The position numbers and the translations under genes are program-made. Under the pieces are notes generated by a model that saw only the letters and a list, made by a program, of their open reading frames with translations, ran no database searches and was not told where the DNA came from. Positions 8,645-19,510 of a stretch of DNA of 64,000 nt are shown here, piece by piece. The stretch is from contig JBGASG010000004.1 of NCBI GenBank assembly GCA_044229845.1, positions 32,001-96,000 of the forward strand. The letters are read 5' to 3'. Origin of the DNA: Candidatus Obscuribacteraceae bacterium (GTDB lineage Bacteria; Cyanobacteriota; Vampirovibrionia; Obscuribacterales; Obscuribacteraceae). The number at the start of each line of letters is the position of its first letter. Position 1 is the first letter of the stretch.

Positions 8645-9448
8645 CTAATTCCTCTGGTTGGCGGCAATTCTTTGGGAATCTCCCGGCAGTTCTTTGAGAA
8701 ACGCCCGGATGTCTGCGTGGTCACGACTGTTGTAGTAGCCGCCGTTCCACATGCCATAAGCCTTGCCGGTCGTCGACTGGCGTTCTGCCATTTCTCGTCT
8801 CAGATAGTGGTTGGCGATCATGGCGTCGGTCATCGCTGTAGCAGTCATGGCATTGACGTCATCGAGCATGATGCCGTGCTCCAACTCGGTATTGCGTGCT
8901 ATAAAACCACGAGACGCATCCGGGCTCAGTCCGGCTATGTCGTCTTCGCGCTGGAGAAGATAGGTGGCTAGTATTTTCTCGTCTCCGGCCGACACCTCCT
9001 TATTGTTGAGCAGCTCAGCATGTTGCAGACTGCCATCACCGTTTATGTCTATCCGGCGAAAATTCTCCGCGGCGTATTTCTTCGCCGCATCCGCCAGAAT
9101 CAAGTCCTGCTGCTCGCCGGCATGGAATTTAGCTAACCGCTCCACGCCCGCACCGGTTATATCTGACCCGCCCTCACCCAGTCCAGCTATGGCACTGAAG
9201 TGATTATGCATCGCCTGCAACGCTTGCTTTTGACCGGCGGGCAGGTAGTCAGCTTCCAGGAGTCCCCGCATGGCGAATTGCCCCATGCCATTTTCCATCG
9301 GGTGAATGGCATTGATGAGAGTAGCGCGATATTGCAGCGACTCCAGAGAAATGGCCGCCAGCGTCTTTTGCAGCGGGCTGTCCGGATCGCTGGTCTTTTC
9401 GGGCGTGAGGAAACTGCCGCCTTGCAGGCGGTCCGAGAATTCAGCCAC
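8645..9448 (-). CDS. Hypothetical protein with an EF-hand motif
   Basis: FRRIDINGDGSLQHAEL. GGAGG RBS upstream of the GTG start. Confidence 0.7.
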   Translation of the reverse strand: MAEFSDRLQGGSFLTPEKTSDPDSPLQKTLAAISLESLQYRATLINAIHPMENGMGQFAMRGLLEADYLPAGQKQALQAMHNHFSAIAGLGEGGSDITGAGVERLAKFHAGEQQDLILADAAKKYAAENFRRIDINGDGSLQHAELLNNKEVSAGDEKILATYLLQREDDIAGLSPDASRGFIARNTELEHGIMLDDVNAMTATAMTDAMIANHYLRREMAERQSTTGKAYGMWNGGYYNSRDHADIRAFLKELPGDSQRIAANQRN

Positions 9449-9634
9449 GGGTTAACCTCCGCGGGCGCACAGGGAAGGAGTGTCGCCAATTACCTCGTGC
9501 TTATATGCAAGTCAACGGATTTCTAGACACGCCTTCCGTAACCAACGCCTCGAAATTGGAAACAAACGCTTGCCATTCGCGACCGCTACCCTTAACATAG
9601 CCCGGCAGTGGTGCATTTGGCGCCCGGAGAAAAA

Positions 9635-9724
9635 ATGCTGTCAATCGCGACAATCGCAAATAGCTGGTGGTGGACCCGGAATGAACAGGGTGAGCCAATG
9701 GCTTGTCGCGTTTCGGCGCCGTAA
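9635..9724 (+). CDS. trpL: trp operon leader peptide MLSIATIANSWWWTRNEQGEPMACRVSAP (29 aa)
   Basis: GGAG RBS (9626-9629), ATG 9635, three tandem TGG codons (9665-9673), TAA 9722-9724, directly upstream of trpE. Confidence 0.85.
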   Translation: MLSIATIANSWWWTRNEQGEPMACRVSAP

Positions 9725-9744
9725 CTATTAACTAGATACAGCAC

Positions 9745-11151
9745 TTGGACACCTGTACGCCGGTTTCAGCCTTCCACACACTCACCCAGGGGTCGGACAG
9801 CCCGGCGTTTCTGCTCGAAAGCAGCGAAGGAGACCACCGCCTGGCGCGCTATTCATTCGTAGGCATCGACCCTTGCGAGACGATTTCCTTACGCGGCGGC
9901 ACAGCGACGATTAGCGATCTCGTGCATGGGCAGCCGCCCCGGAAAGAAACTTTTGCCAATCCGCTCACCATACTGCAAGCAGCGGTGGAACGTCACAAGC
10001 TGGAAGTCACTGCCGAGAATCAGCTTCCCTACCCGTTCTCAGGCGGACTGGTTGGCTACTCCGGCTATGGACTGACCCAATACTTCGAAGGCATTCAGCA
10101 GCAAAAAGCCGATCCATTCCAGGTGCCTGACGCCTTCTATGGCGTTTACGACGCGGTTGTAGTATTCGATCACCAGTACCGCCGCATTCATATAGTGTCA
10201 CGCCGCGGACAGGCGCACGCCGATCAGATTGCCGCCCGCCTGCGCAACCCCAGCTCCCTACCCGCCTTACCGGTTCCATCCACCTATCAGCTGCCGCCGT
10301 CTGAAGAAACTTGCGCCCTCAGCCCGGAAGAATTCAAAGCCCTGGTGCAAGAGGCGCAGGGCTATATAGCCGAGGGGCAGGTGTTCCAGATTGTCGTCGC
10401 CCAGCGCTTCGCGCTGCCGGCGGTGGCGAGTGCGCTCGATATCTACCGCATTTTGCAGGCGCTCAATCCCTCGCCCTATGCCTACCTGCTGCGTCTGCCC
10501 GGATTTGAATATCTGGGGTCGTCGCCGGAGACTTTCGTCAAGTGCGAAGAAGGGCAAGTGCTTTTGCGCGCCATTGCCGGCACGCGGCGCCGGGGACGCG
10601 ATGCCGCCGAAGACGCGCTCATGGCCGAGGAATTGCAGCAAAGCGAAAAGGAACTCGCCGAGCACCACATGCTCGTCGATCTGGGACGAAACGACCTGGG
10701 GCGCGTTTGCCGCGTCGGGTCCGTCAAGCCGGGCGCGCTGGCGCAGCTGGTTAAATACACGCACGTCATGCATCTGGCGACGGAGATCTCAGGCGCGCTT
10801 GCGCCCGACAAAACGTGCTTCGACGTGTTCCGCAGCTGCTTCCCGCGCGGCACAGTATCAGGCGCGCCGAAGGTGCGGGCGATGGAACTGCTTTCCAGAC
10901 TCGAGAAAGAACGCCGCGGCGTTTACTCCGGCGTGGTCGGATACTTCGATTTCCGCGGCAATATCGACGGCGCCATCGCCATAAGGTCTGCACTGATCAA
11001 GGACGGCGTCGCCCACGTTACCGCCGGAGCAGGCGTTGTGTTCGATTCCGTCCCCCACGAAGAATACCTGGAGACGCGCAACAAGGCACGCAGTGTACTG
11101 CAATCGATTGCCGTCGCCAACACACTGGCTCAGGGAGGGCAACTGGCATGA
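9745..11151 (+). CDS. trpE: Anthranilate synthase component I
   Basis: TPVSAF, FLLES, GGLVGY, NPSPY, AEHHMLVDLGRNDL, GTVSGAPKVRAM. Start at TTG 9745 is uncertain (in-frame TAG at 9733-9735). Confidence 0.95.
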   Translation: MDTCTPVSAFHTLTQGSDSPAFLLESSEGDHRLARYSFVGIDPCETISLRGGTATISDLVHGQPPRKETFANPLTILQAAVERHKLEVTAENQLPYPFSGGLVGYSGYGLTQYFEGIQQQKADPFQVPDAFYGVYDAVVVFDHQYRRIHIVSRRGQAHADQIAARLRNPSSLPALPVPSTYQLPPSEETCALSPEEFKALVQEAQGYIAEGQVFQIVVAQRFALPAVASALDIYRILQALNPSPYAYLLRLPGFEYLGSSPETFVKCEEGQVLLRAIAGTRRRGRDAAEDALMAEELQQSEKELAEHHMLVDLGRNDLGRVCRVGSVKPGALAQLVKYTHVMHLATEISGALAPDKTCFDVFRSCFPRGTVSGAPKVRAMELLSRLEKERRGVYSGVVGYFDFRGNIDGAIAIRSALIKDGVAHVTAGAGVVFDSVPHEEYLETRNKARSVLQSIAVANTLAQGGQLA

Positions 11152-11735
11152 TTCTCGTGATCGATAACTATGACTCTTTCACGTACAACCTCTATCAGAG
11201 CCTGCAAGCACTGACTCCAGAGCCTGTCCTAGTGCGCCGCAACGACCAGATCACGACGGACGAGATTGCCGAGATGAAGCCGACGCATATCGTCCTCTCG
11301 CCGGGACCTGGGCACCCAGCCAACGCACGTGACTTCGGGGTCTGCGCGCAAGTGATCGACAGACAAGAAGAATTAGACTGCGCAATCCTCGGAGTCTGCC
11401 TTGGTCATCAGGGTATCGGGCATCACTTCGGCGCCAATGTCGGGCGCGCGCCCTCAATCGTGCACGGCAAGGCTAGTGAGATCGACCGCGACGAAACGCC
11501 GCTGTTCCACGGCGTGCCCGAGACATTCAAGGCGATGCGCTATCATTCGCTGGTCGTCAATGAAGACGCCGACTTCCCTGACTGCTTGCAAGTGCTCGCC
11601 CGCGACCGGCAGCAAAAGCTGGTGATGGCAATGCGTCACAAAACCCGCCGCCTGTACGGCGTACAATTTCACCCAGAGTCTATTGGAACAGCAGACGGCA
11701 ACACCATTCTGGAGAACTTCCTGACGCGATGCTAA
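11148..11735 (+). CDS. trpG: Anthranilate synthase component II (glutamine amidotransferase)
   Basis: IDNYDSFTYNL, SPGPG, GVCLGHQ, RYHSL, QFHPES. ATGA overlap with trpE. Confidence 0.95.
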   Translation: MILVIDNYDSFTYNLYQSLQALTPEPVLVRRNDQITTDEIAEMKPTHIVLSPGPGHPANARDFGVCAQVIDRQEELDCAILGVCLGHQGIGHHFGANVGRAPSIVHGKASEIDRDETPLFHGVPETFKAMRYHSLVVNEDADFPDCLQVLARDRQQKLVMAMRHKTRRLYGVQFHPESIGTADGNTILENFLTRC

Positions 11736-12751
11736 GCTCCTCCATACCTGGCATGCAATCGGAGCAGGAGCTGTCCCAACTGGCTGAGCAACTGGTCTTT
11801 CAAGAGCTGTCTGCGCCGCAAGCGCAAACACTTCTGCTGGAATTGACGCCGGAGAAAATCACGCCGGCTGGCTTTGCCGCCATCGTGTCCGCCGTGCGCC
11901 AGGTCGTGAGCAATGAATATGCCGGCTTCGCGCAGTCTTCCCGCTCCTTCGACTGCTGCGGCACAGGCGGCAGTGGTTTGCCGCACTTCAACACGTCGAC
12001 GACGGTGGCATTTGTTTTAGCCGCCGCAGGCGTGCAGGTAGCGAAGTTCGGCAATCGCAAAGCCACAGGAAAGAGCGGCAGTTTCGACCTGTTGGAGGAA
12101 CTGGGCTTTCCGGCGCAGATCCCAGCTGCAGCAGCGCAGCGAGTCATGGAAGAAACTGGGCTGGTGTTTCTTTTCGCGCCCGCCTGTTATCCGGCACTGG
12201 CGCATTTGAGTGCCGCCCGCCAGGCACTCGGTCAACGGACAGTCTTTAACTACATTGGCCCCTTGCTCAACCCTGCAACGCCTGCCCGTCGACTGATCGG
12301 CGTCTCCGACCTCAATATGCAGGAGTGCATCGCGCACAGCCTCTGCCTGGAAGGCACCACCGAGAAAGCGCTGGTGGTGCGCTCCGCGAACGATGTCGAC
12401 GAGCTGGAGCCGGGTTCGCTCAATCACATGGTCCACATCGAGGGTTCTAATCAATCAGCTCTCCAGCACGATTTCGCTCAGTTCGCCGCTACCGGCGATA
12501 GTTTGTCCGGCGGCAAGCAGCATCTAACTCCAGCGCGCAACAAAGAACTGTTTGAACAGATCATTGGCGGCATCGACCGCCAATCGCCATATGCAGCGCT
12601 CGTGCGCGTCAACGCGGGGGCGGCACTTTTTGCTGCCGGCAAGGCAGCCAGCCTGGAGTCCGGTCACGACCTGGCAGCGTCGCTTCTGGCAGACGGCACC
12701 GTACAACAGCAGTTCAATAAGGTGAGGGCGGCGTATGCGCGACATTCTTAG
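11729..12751 (+). CDS. trpD: Anthranilate phosphoribosyltransferase
   Basis: DCCGTGG, FNTSTT, AKFGNR, RTVFNYIGPLLNP. Operon position. Confidence 0.93.
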   Translation: MLSSSIPGMQSEQELSQLAEQLVFQELSAPQAQTLLLELTPEKITPAGFAAIVSAVRQVVSNEYAGFAQSSRSFDCCGTGGSGLPHFNTSTTVAFVLAAAGVQVAKFGNRKATGKSGSFDLLEELGFPAQIPAAAAQRVMEETGLVFLFAPACYPALAHLSAARQALGQRTVFNYIGPLLNPATPARRLIGVSDLNMQECIAHSLCLEGTTEKALVVRSANDVDELEPGSLNHMVHIEGSNQSALQHDFAQFAATGDSLSGGKQHLTPARNKELFEQIIGGIDRQSPYAALVRVNAGAALFAAGKAASLESGHDLAASLLADGTVQQQFNKVRAAYARHS

Positions 12752-13493
12752 CGAAATTGTCGAACACAAAAAGGAAGAACTGCGCATTCGCAAAGCCGCA
12801 GCCCGGCGCAGCGCTTGCGAGATCAGCCGCGCCAGCGGTCGTTTCTTCAAAGCGCTCTCCGGTTCTGGATTGAGATTGATAGCCGAGGTCAAACCTAAAT
12901 CGCCGTCGGCTGGACAATTAAGCCAGAACAACCTGGAACAGCTGCTCGCCGCATACGGCAAACATGCTCATGCCCTCTCGGTTTTGACCGACGAAAAGTA
13001 CTTCGCCGGCAATCTGGATTTGTTGCGGACCGCCGCCGAGAAAACCGGACTGCCGGTCTTGTGCAAAGACTTCTTCATCGATGAGTTTCAAGTGCATGAA
13101 GCGTACGATGCCGGCGCCGATGCCATTTTGCTGATCGTCAAGATCCTCACGGACGAAACGCTTTCGGCGCTGCACACGCTCGCTCTGCAGCGGGGCATGA
13201 CGCCGGTCGTCGAAATCCAAAATCAGTCTGAGCTGGAACGCGCATTGTCACTCAATCCGCAGGTGATTCTGATCAACAATCGCGATCTGACGACGTTCGA
13301 CATAGACTTTGAAACGACCAGAAAACTGGCTCCCAAAATTCCGGAATCAGTTCTGGTCATCTCGGCCAGCGGTGTCGACACCCGCGCCAACATCGAGTCT
13401 CTTCTGCCATGCGCGCAGCGCTTTCTGGTCGGTTCATCCATAATGCGCAGCGAAAACCCTGAAACCAAGTTGCAGGAGTTGCTGGGACTATGA
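12735..13493 (+). CDS. trpC: Indole-3-glycerol phosphate synthase
   Basis: IAEVKPKSPS, SVLTDEKYF, LCKDF, GADAILLI, INNRDL. Confidence 0.95.
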   Translation: MRDILSEIVEHKKEELRIRKAAARRSACEISRASGRFFKALSGSGLRLIAEVKPKSPSAGQLSQNNLEQLLAAYGKHAHALSVLTDEKYFAGNLDLLRTAAEKTGLPVLCKDFFIDEFQVHEAYDAGADAILLIVKILTDETLSALHTLALQRGMTPVVEIQNQSELERALSLNPQVILINNRDLTTFDIDFETTRKLAPKIPESVLVISASGVDTRANIESLLPCAQRFLVGSSIMRSENPETKLQELLGL

Positions 13494-14122
13494 CCTTCCA
13501 AGTGAAGATTTGCGGCATCACCAACGTCGACGACGCGCTGATTGCAGTTGAAGCAGGCGCAAATTACATCGGGCTGATATTTGTTGAAGCAAGCCCCCGC
13601 TGCATTTCGCCATCCGCCGCCGCGTCCGTCGCCGCGCAGTTGCGAGGCAGCGATTGCCGCCTGGTGGGAGTGTTTCTGAATGCAGATCAAGCCCACATCG
13701 AAGCTGTGAGAGAAAGCGTGGCGTTGGATTTCGTGCAGCTGCACGGGCAAGAAACCCAGGCGTTGTGCGCGGCCGTCGCACCGGCGATCAAGGCTGTCAC
13801 CTCAGTGGAAGATGCCCTGTCCTTCAAAGATCACGCCGATATGATTCTGCTCGACCGCCCTAAAACCAGTGCCGACGCACAATTTATCGAGAGCATCGCG
13901 GCACATCCTTCACTGCCGGTGGTACCACCTTTTCTTCTAGCCGGCGGCTTGAACCCGGACAATCTCGCCGCCACCATCGAGATGTTTCGTGACTGCCCGA
14001 CACTTCTGGGCTTCGATGCAGCATCGGGAGTGGAGGAAGCGCCCGGACGAAAAGATGCAGCCAAAGTAAAAAGGTTTTGTGAGATCGCGCGCACTGGAGG
14101 AAGATATGCAAGCACAAGGTAA
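13490..14122 (+). CDS. trpF: Phosphoribosylanthranilate isomerase
   Basis: VKICGIT, SPR, VQLHG, LLAGGL, DAASGVE. Confidence 0.95.
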   Translation: MTFQVKICGITNVDDALIAVEAGANYIGLIFVEASPRCISPSAAASVAAQLRGSDCRLVGVFLNADQAHIEAVRESVALDFVQLHGQETQALCAAVAPAIKAVTSVEDALSFKDHADMILLDRPKTSADAQFIESIAAHPSLPVVPPFLLAGGLNPDNLAATIEMFRDCPTLLGFDAASGVEEAPGRKDAAKVKRFCEIARTGGRYASTR

Positions 14123-16190
14123 ATTCGGCGACTTCGGAGGCACTTACGTTCCAGAAACGCTGGTGCCGGCGCTCGATGAGCTGCAGCATGCATTTCTAGA
14201 ATGCCAGTCGGACAGCGCGTTTCTCGCTGAGCTCAATGACCTTTTGCGCAACTGGGGCGGCAGGCCGACGCCGCTTTACTTTGCCAAAAATCTGTCGCAG
14301 GCATTCGGTGCCAACATATTCTTCAAGCGCGAAGACGTGATGCACGGCGGCGCTCACAAGACCAACAACGCGCTCGGGCAAGCGCTCTTAGCGAGGCGGT
14401 TGGGCAAGAAACGGATCATCGCCGAGACGGGCGCCGGACAGCACGGGGTTGCCGTGGCTATGGTTTGCGCCTTGCTGGGGCTGCAAGCCGAAATATATAT
14501 GGGCGAAGTTGATATGCAGCGGCAAAAACCCAATGTCGATCGCATGCACCTCTTGGGCGCCAAGGTGCACCCTGTGACCACTGGCGGACGCACACTCAAA
14601 GATGCGATCAATGAAGCGCTGCGCGACTGGGTGAGCAATTTGTCGACCACCCACTATCTGCTGGGAACCGCAGCCGGTCCACATCCTTTTCCCACCATGG
14701 TGAAGTTTTTCCAGAAGTTGATTGGCGAGGAAGCGCGTCAGCAGTTTGCCGAAGTTGCAGCAGAACCAGACGCATTGCCTGATTATGTGGTTGCTTGCGT
14801 CGGAGGCGGCTCCAACGCGATCGGTATATTCGCAGGTTTCGAAGCCGATCTGAGAGTCCGGCTGGTGGGCGTAGAGCCCGCAGGCAAGGGGCTTGATACC
14901 AGTGAACACGGGGCGGTGCTGGCATTGGGAACACCGGGATGTTTGCACGGTATGAAGAGCTATGTGCTGCAGACCGAAGATGGTCAAATTCTGGAAACGC
15001 ACAGCCTGTCAGCCGGACTGGACTATCCATCGGTGGGACCGGAGCATGCGCACCTGAAGCAAATCGGACGCGCATCGTACTTCAGCGCCACCGATGAAGA
15101 GGCAGTCTGCGCCTTCGAAGAGACCTCACGCCTGGAAGGCATTATTCCGGCTCTGGAAAGCGCGCACGCCATCGCGTATGCGAAGCAGTTGGCGGCCCGC
15201 GCGCCAGGCTCCAAAATCCTCGTCTGCCTTTCAGGCCGCGGCGACAAAGACCTGGAACACGTCGCGGCATACAGGCGCGGCTCAAAAGCGGCAGCGGCAC
15301 ATAATCCTGCCGGTGGTATTGCCACCACGGCGGCGGCGTGCCCAGCGGCTGCACGGGCGTTCGTCACAAAACCAGCAAGTTCAGTGGTTGATAGATACTC
15401 GTTACTCTCGGAAAGGCTGAAGGCAGAGAATCGGCAAGCATTCGTCCCCTTCACCGTACTGGGCTGGCCTGATAAAGACGAGTCGCTCGCTTTAATCTCG
15501 TCACTCATCGAGTCAGGCTCCGACGCCCTTGAGCTGGGCGTTGCCTTCAGTGAGCCGGTCGCGGACGGCCCCGAAATTCAGCGCGCCGTCAATGAAACTC
15601 TGGCGACAGGATTTACGTGCGACGACGCATTCGAACTGATCGCCGCGGTACGCAAGCAGCATCAAGAGATTCCAATTGGTCTGCTCGTTTATTACAACGT
15701 CGTGCTCAAGCGCGGAGTTCGCAACTTCTATGCGGCCGCTCACCAGGCAGGCGTTGATTCAATCCTGATTGCCGATCTGCCCGTGGAAAGCGCCGATGAA
15801 GTGTCCGCCGCCGCCGGCGAGTTTCACATCGCGCCCATCTTCATCGTTTCTTCACTGACCAGCGACCAACGGCTGGCGGCTATCGCCGGTCTGGCGCGCG
15901 GGTACATCTATGTGGTGTCACGATTGGGAATTACTGGCGTGGAAGAGCGTTACGATGCAGACCTGCAAAATTTGCTTTTGCGCTTGCGTCGCCAAACGAA
16001 GCTGCCGCTGTTTGTCGGATTCGGCGTATCGACGCCGGAGCAAGCGCAAAAGATAGTGGCGCTGGGAGCCGACGGAGTGATCACCGGATCGCGCGTTATT
16101 CAATTGGCGCGCAGCCAGCGCTCGTCCGTTGCAGAGTACATTGAGTCTATGAAACAGGCAGTCGGTCCCAGATCTGGAGCGCCAGTCTAA
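14106..16190 (+). CDS. trpB: Fused tryptophan synthase beta + alpha subunits (TrpB-linker-TrpA)
   Basis: TrpB motifs [37 protein letters not shown] ~38-aa Ala-rich linker follows with no stop, then TrpA motifs [28 protein letters not shown]. Confidence 0.93.
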   Translation: MQAQGKFGDFGGTYVPETLVPALDELQHAFLECQSDSAFLAELNDLLRNWGGRPTPLYFAKNLSQAFGANIFFKREDVMHGGAHKTNNALGQALLARRLGKKRIIAETGAGQHGVAVAMVCALLGLQAEIYMGEVDMQRQKPNVDRMHLLGAKVHPVTTGGRTLKDAINEALRDWVSNLSTTHYLLGTAAGPHPFPTMVKFFQKLIGEEARQQFAEVAAEPDALPDYVVACVGGGSNAIGIFAGFEADLRVRLVGVEPAGKGLDTSEHGAVLALGTPGCLHGMKSYVLQTEDGQILETHSLSAGLDYPSVGPEHAHLKQIGRASYFSATDEEAVCAFEETSRLEGIIPALESAHAIAYAKQLAARAPGSKILVCLSGRGDKDLEHVAAYRRGSKAAAAHNPAGGIATTAAACPAAARAFVTKPASSVVDRYSLLSERLKAENRQAFVPFTVLGWPDKDESLALISSLIESGSDALELGVAFSEPVADGPEIQRAVNETLATGFTCDDAFELIAAVRKQHQEIPIGLLVYYNVVLKRGVRNFYAAAHQAGVDSILIADLPVESADEVSAAAGEFHIAPIFIVSSLTSDQRLAAIAGLARGYIYVVSRLGITGVEERYDADLQNLLLRLRRQTKLPLFVGFGVSTPEQAQKIVALGADGVITGSRVIQLARSQRSSVAEYIESMKQAVGPRSGAPV

Positions 16191-17317
16191 AGCTCCGGCT
16201 TATCCGTAGCCGCCACCTTGCTGCCCATACCAAGCAACTTGCGAATCTCAGGCAATGCGCGCTCGGTCGCTTTCTCACCTTCGGCAATTGCTCGCTTGTA
16301 GTCGGACTTTTTATTGGAGAGAATGGAAATCCCCTGCACGTTCGGACTGACCACAACATCGGCAAACTTGAGCTGATGCGCATCGGTGACTGCAAGCACG
16401 ATATCGGCGAGGCGAATCGTCGTGTTTTTGATCGAGCGGAATCGCTCTTTGGGTTCCTGCACCAACGGTTCGTCGACCAGGACAGCGATGACGATATCGG
16501 CACCGGTGTCGCGAGCGGAAAACGCAGGCAAGTTAGTGCGCACCCCACCATCGACATAGAGCTTGTTGTCGATTTCAACTGGCTGCAGCAGCGGCGATAT
16601 GCTGGCGCTGGCCCGCATGGCGCGCGGCAAGTCACCTTTGCTCAGTCGATATGAACGCCCGTCCAGTAAGTTTGTCGCCACCGCCGAGAAGCGGATTTTT
16701 GTGTGCTCGAGATCTTCCTGGTCATCCGGGATGACATCGCGCAGGTACTTCTCGAACTTCTTGCCGGTAAACAATCCAGCGTACTCCTTGGTGAACAGAC
16801 TGCGCACCTTGATGATCGGTGCCATCAACAGGCGCGGAGGAATCCCGCCAGGCATGTAGGCTTTACGAATCGAGCCGTCGAGGGCACGCTTTTCCAGATC
16901 TTCTGGTGTGCTACCGCTGGCGTAGAAGCCACCGATGATTGCACCCATCGAATTGCCGACGATGTAATCGATGGGAATGCCCTCGCGTTGAAGCACTTTC
17001 AAAACGCCGATATGGGCCGCGCCTCTGGCTCCGCCGCCACCCAGTGCCAGCGCTACAGATTTGCGCTTCTCTTCTTTTTTGACCTCTTTGATCTCTTCTT
17101 TGAGTTCGACTTTGGCTTCCGGGTCGTGTTCTTTGATGCCGACCGCTTCAGCCGGTGACTGCGTCTTGCGCGCATCAGCTTCTTGCTGAGTCATGGGCGC
17201 TGTCTGCTGCTGCGTTGTTGGCGCGCCATCACCGTCGGTGGTGCTGGTTTCGCAGTAGCCAGCCGGTGACAGCAATAGCGCTAGGAGACTGGACGCAAGA
17301 ATTGCGCGGCTGAGCAT
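16187..17317 (-). CDS. Patatin-like phospholipase with signal peptide
   Basis: [22 protein letters not shown]. Confidence 0.92.
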   Translation of the reverse strand: MLSRAILASSLLALLLSPAGYCETSTTDGDGAPTTQQQTAPMTQQEADARKTQSPAEAVGIKEHDPEAKVELKEEIKEVKKEEKRKSVALALGGGGARGAAHIGVLKVLQREGIPIDYIVGNSMGAIIGGFYASGSTPEDLEKRALDGSIRKAYMPGGIPPRLLMAPIIKVRSLFTKEYAGLFTGKKFEKYLRDVIPDDQEDLEHTKIRFSAVATNLLDGRSYRLSKGDLPRAMRASASISPLLQPVEIDNKLYVDGGVRTNLPAFSARDTGADIVIAVLVDEPLVQEPKERFRSIKNTTIRLADIVLAVTDAHQLKFADVVVSPNVQGISILSNKKSDYKRAIAEGEKATERALPEIRKLLGMGSKVAATDKPEL

Positions 17318-17626
17318 ATGTTTTCTCCGGGTGAAACTCTACAGAACACTGGAGATTGGACGCGCTCAGTGCAATCCTGTTCCGTTCCGCGATCAATGCA
17401 TTGCCGGGCGGCGCACGCTCCCGCGGCCCAGTTCTGACGCAGGAGCGCCCGATTTTGCTTGCGACTTGCAAAAGTGTGAAAGCGGCGAGTGGCCCTGGGA
17501 CATCTTTGGCCAGGGGACACCGCCGTTTCTGCAATAACTTTGGCACGCTGATGTGAGGCGGCGCATCCCGCATTTGGGGGATGTCCAGATAAAATTAGTA
17601 TCTTCATTTGCAAACAGAGGTATGGC

Positions 17627-19507
17627 ATGTCTCAAATCAGTCGCCGGTTCAACCTGACCGCGCTCTCAATACTGCTTCTGACATCCACGGCGTTGCCGCA
17701 GGCTTTCGGTGCGGGCCTCGCGACCGCGAAGTCAGAGACATCAGCGACAGCTGCCGCAGCAGCGCAGGCGATCCCCTGGCAGCATAACTGGCCGAAAGAT
17801 CTATTCGAGACGGCAGGCAAAGAGAAGAAGCTCGTCATCCTCGATCTGGAAGCGATCTGGTGTCACTGGTGCCACGTAATGGACGAGAAGACTTATGCCG
17901 ACCCGGCGGTGGCAAAAATCCTCAATCAGCACTTCATCTGCGTGAAGGTCGACCAGGACTCGCGCCCGGATCTCTCAAACCGCTACGAAGAATACGGCTG
18001 GCCGGCGACGATCATATTCGATTCGCACGGCAAAGAACTGGCCAAGCTCTCCGGATACATTCCCGCTGACGAAATGAAGGGGCTTCTGGAAGCGTTCGTC
18101 AAAGATCCGACGCCCGGTCCGTCTGCGAAGGAACGCGCGCCGATCAAATATTCGGATGCCAGCGCTTTGCCGGCAGCGTTGAAAGCCGATTTGCTGAAGC
18201 GGCACGTGGAAGGTTTCGACGATAAATATGGCAGCTGGGGTACTTTTCACAAGTTTCTCGACTGGGACAGCGTCGAGTACGCACTTTTGCGAGCGCGCCA
18301 GGGCGACGCGCGCGCCAAGCAAATGGCCAGGCAAACACTGACTGAACAGTTGCATCTCGTTGATCCTGTTTGGGGCGGCATCTACCAGTATTCGACCGAC
18401 GGCGATTGGGACCATCCGCACTTCGAGAAGATCATGCAGTTTCAAGGCGAGAACATGAAAGTGTATGCGGAAGGTTATGCCCAGTTTCGCGATCCCAGAT
18501 ATCTTGCGGCCGCTAAAAGCACGTACGGTTTCTTGCAAAACTTTTTGCAGAGTCCTGATGGTGCCTTTTACACCAGCATGGATGCCGACATCGTTCAGGG
18601 ACAGCATAGCGACTGGTACTACAAACTCGACGATGCCGGCAGGCGTAAGCATGGCATCCCGCGCGTCGACAGAAACATCTATGCACGCGAAAACGGCTGG
18701 GCGATCGCCGGTGTCGTTGCGCTTTATGCGGCTACGGGCGACGAAGACTATTTGCATGCCGCAACCAAAGCCGCCAACTGGATCATCGACAACCGCGCAT
18801 TGCCGGGTGGCGGTTTCGCACACGGATCGAAAAATGACACCGCTCCGTATCTCGGGGACAACGTCTACATGGGTCGCGCGCTACTGGCACTCTACGCGGC
18901 AACCGGCGATCGCAAGTGGCTGGAGAAGGCGGAAGGCTGCGCCGATTTCATCAGCCAGCATTTTGCCCAGCCAGGCGGGCAGCCCGGCTATGTCACGGCT
19001 GATACCCCATCTGGTGGCATGAAGGCGGAGCCTCTCCTGGATGAAAACATCGCAGCAGCGCGTCTTTTCAATCAGCTCTTCCAATACGACGGCAAAGAGA
19101 AATACAAAACAATGGCGCAGAACGCCATGAAGTATCTGTCCACCCCCGAGATTGCCAGCAAGCGGCGCGTGCTGGTAGCGGGCATTTTGCTTGCCGATGC
19201 CGAGCTGGCGAATGAACCGGTGCATGTGACGGTGGTAGGCAAAAAGGACGACCCGGCAGCCAAAGCCCTGTTCGTGGAGGCCATCCAGTATCCCGATGTG
19301 TACAAGCGCATCGAATGGTGGGATGCGCGCGAGGGTCCGTTGCCGCGCACCGATGTCGAGTTGCCGGAGTTGCCTGAGGCAGCTGCGTTCAGCTGCGGCA
19401 ACGGCCGCTGCTCTCGCCCGGCGCGCAGTCCGGCAGAGCTGGTTTCGCTTCTGGACCAACTGCACGCGGAGAAGCCGGACACACCGCCCACAGCGCAGGA
19501 CAAATAG
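17627..19507 (+). CDS. Thioredoxin-domain protein, YyaL/DUF255 (SPATA20-like) family, exported
   Basis: WCHWCHVM, KVDQDSRPD, GWP, PHFEK, GAFYTSMDAD. N-terminal signal peptide. Confidence 0.88.
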   Translation: MSQISRRFNLTALSILLLTSTALPQAFGAGLATAKSETSATAAAAAQAIPWQHNWPKDLFETAGKEKKLVILDLEAIWCHWCHVMDEKTYADPAVAKILNQHFICVKVDQDSRPDLSNRYEEYGWPATIIFDSHGKELAKLSGYIPADEMKGLLEAFVKDPTPGPSAKERAPIKYSDASALPAALKADLLKRHVEGFDDKYGSWGTFHKFLDWDSVEYALLRARQGDARAKQMARQTLTEQLHLVDPVWGGIYQYSTDGDWDHPHFEKIMQFQGENMKVYAEGYAQFRDPRYLAAAKSTYGFLQNFLQSPDGAFYTSMDADIVQGQHSDWYYKLDDAGRRKHGIPRVDRNIYARENGWAIAGVVALYAATGDEDYLHAATKAANWIIDNRALPGGGFAHGSKNDTAPYLGDNVYMGRALLALYAATGDRKWLEKAEGCADFISQHFAQPGGQPGYVTADTPSGGMKAEPLLDENIAAARLFNQLFQYDGKEKYKTMAQNAMKYLSTPEIASKRRVLVAGILLADAELANEPVHVTVVGKKDDPAAKALFVEAIQYPDVYKRIEWWDAREGPLPRTDVELPELPEAAAFSCGNGRCSRPARSPAELVSLLDQLHAEKPDTPPTAQDK

Positions 19508-19510
19508 CGG

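Noticed and set aside
9681..9731. Alternative leader ORF MNRVSQWLVAFRRRNY
   Set aside because: Single Trp and weak SD. The WWW ORF at 9635 is the much better TrpL candidate.
10815..11147. N-terminal extension of TrpG in the ORF track
   Set aside because: Overlaps trpE. The real start is ATG 11148 with an SD and ATGA coupling. The same applies to the extended ORF-track starts of gdhA, EVE, hicA and 19511..20839.
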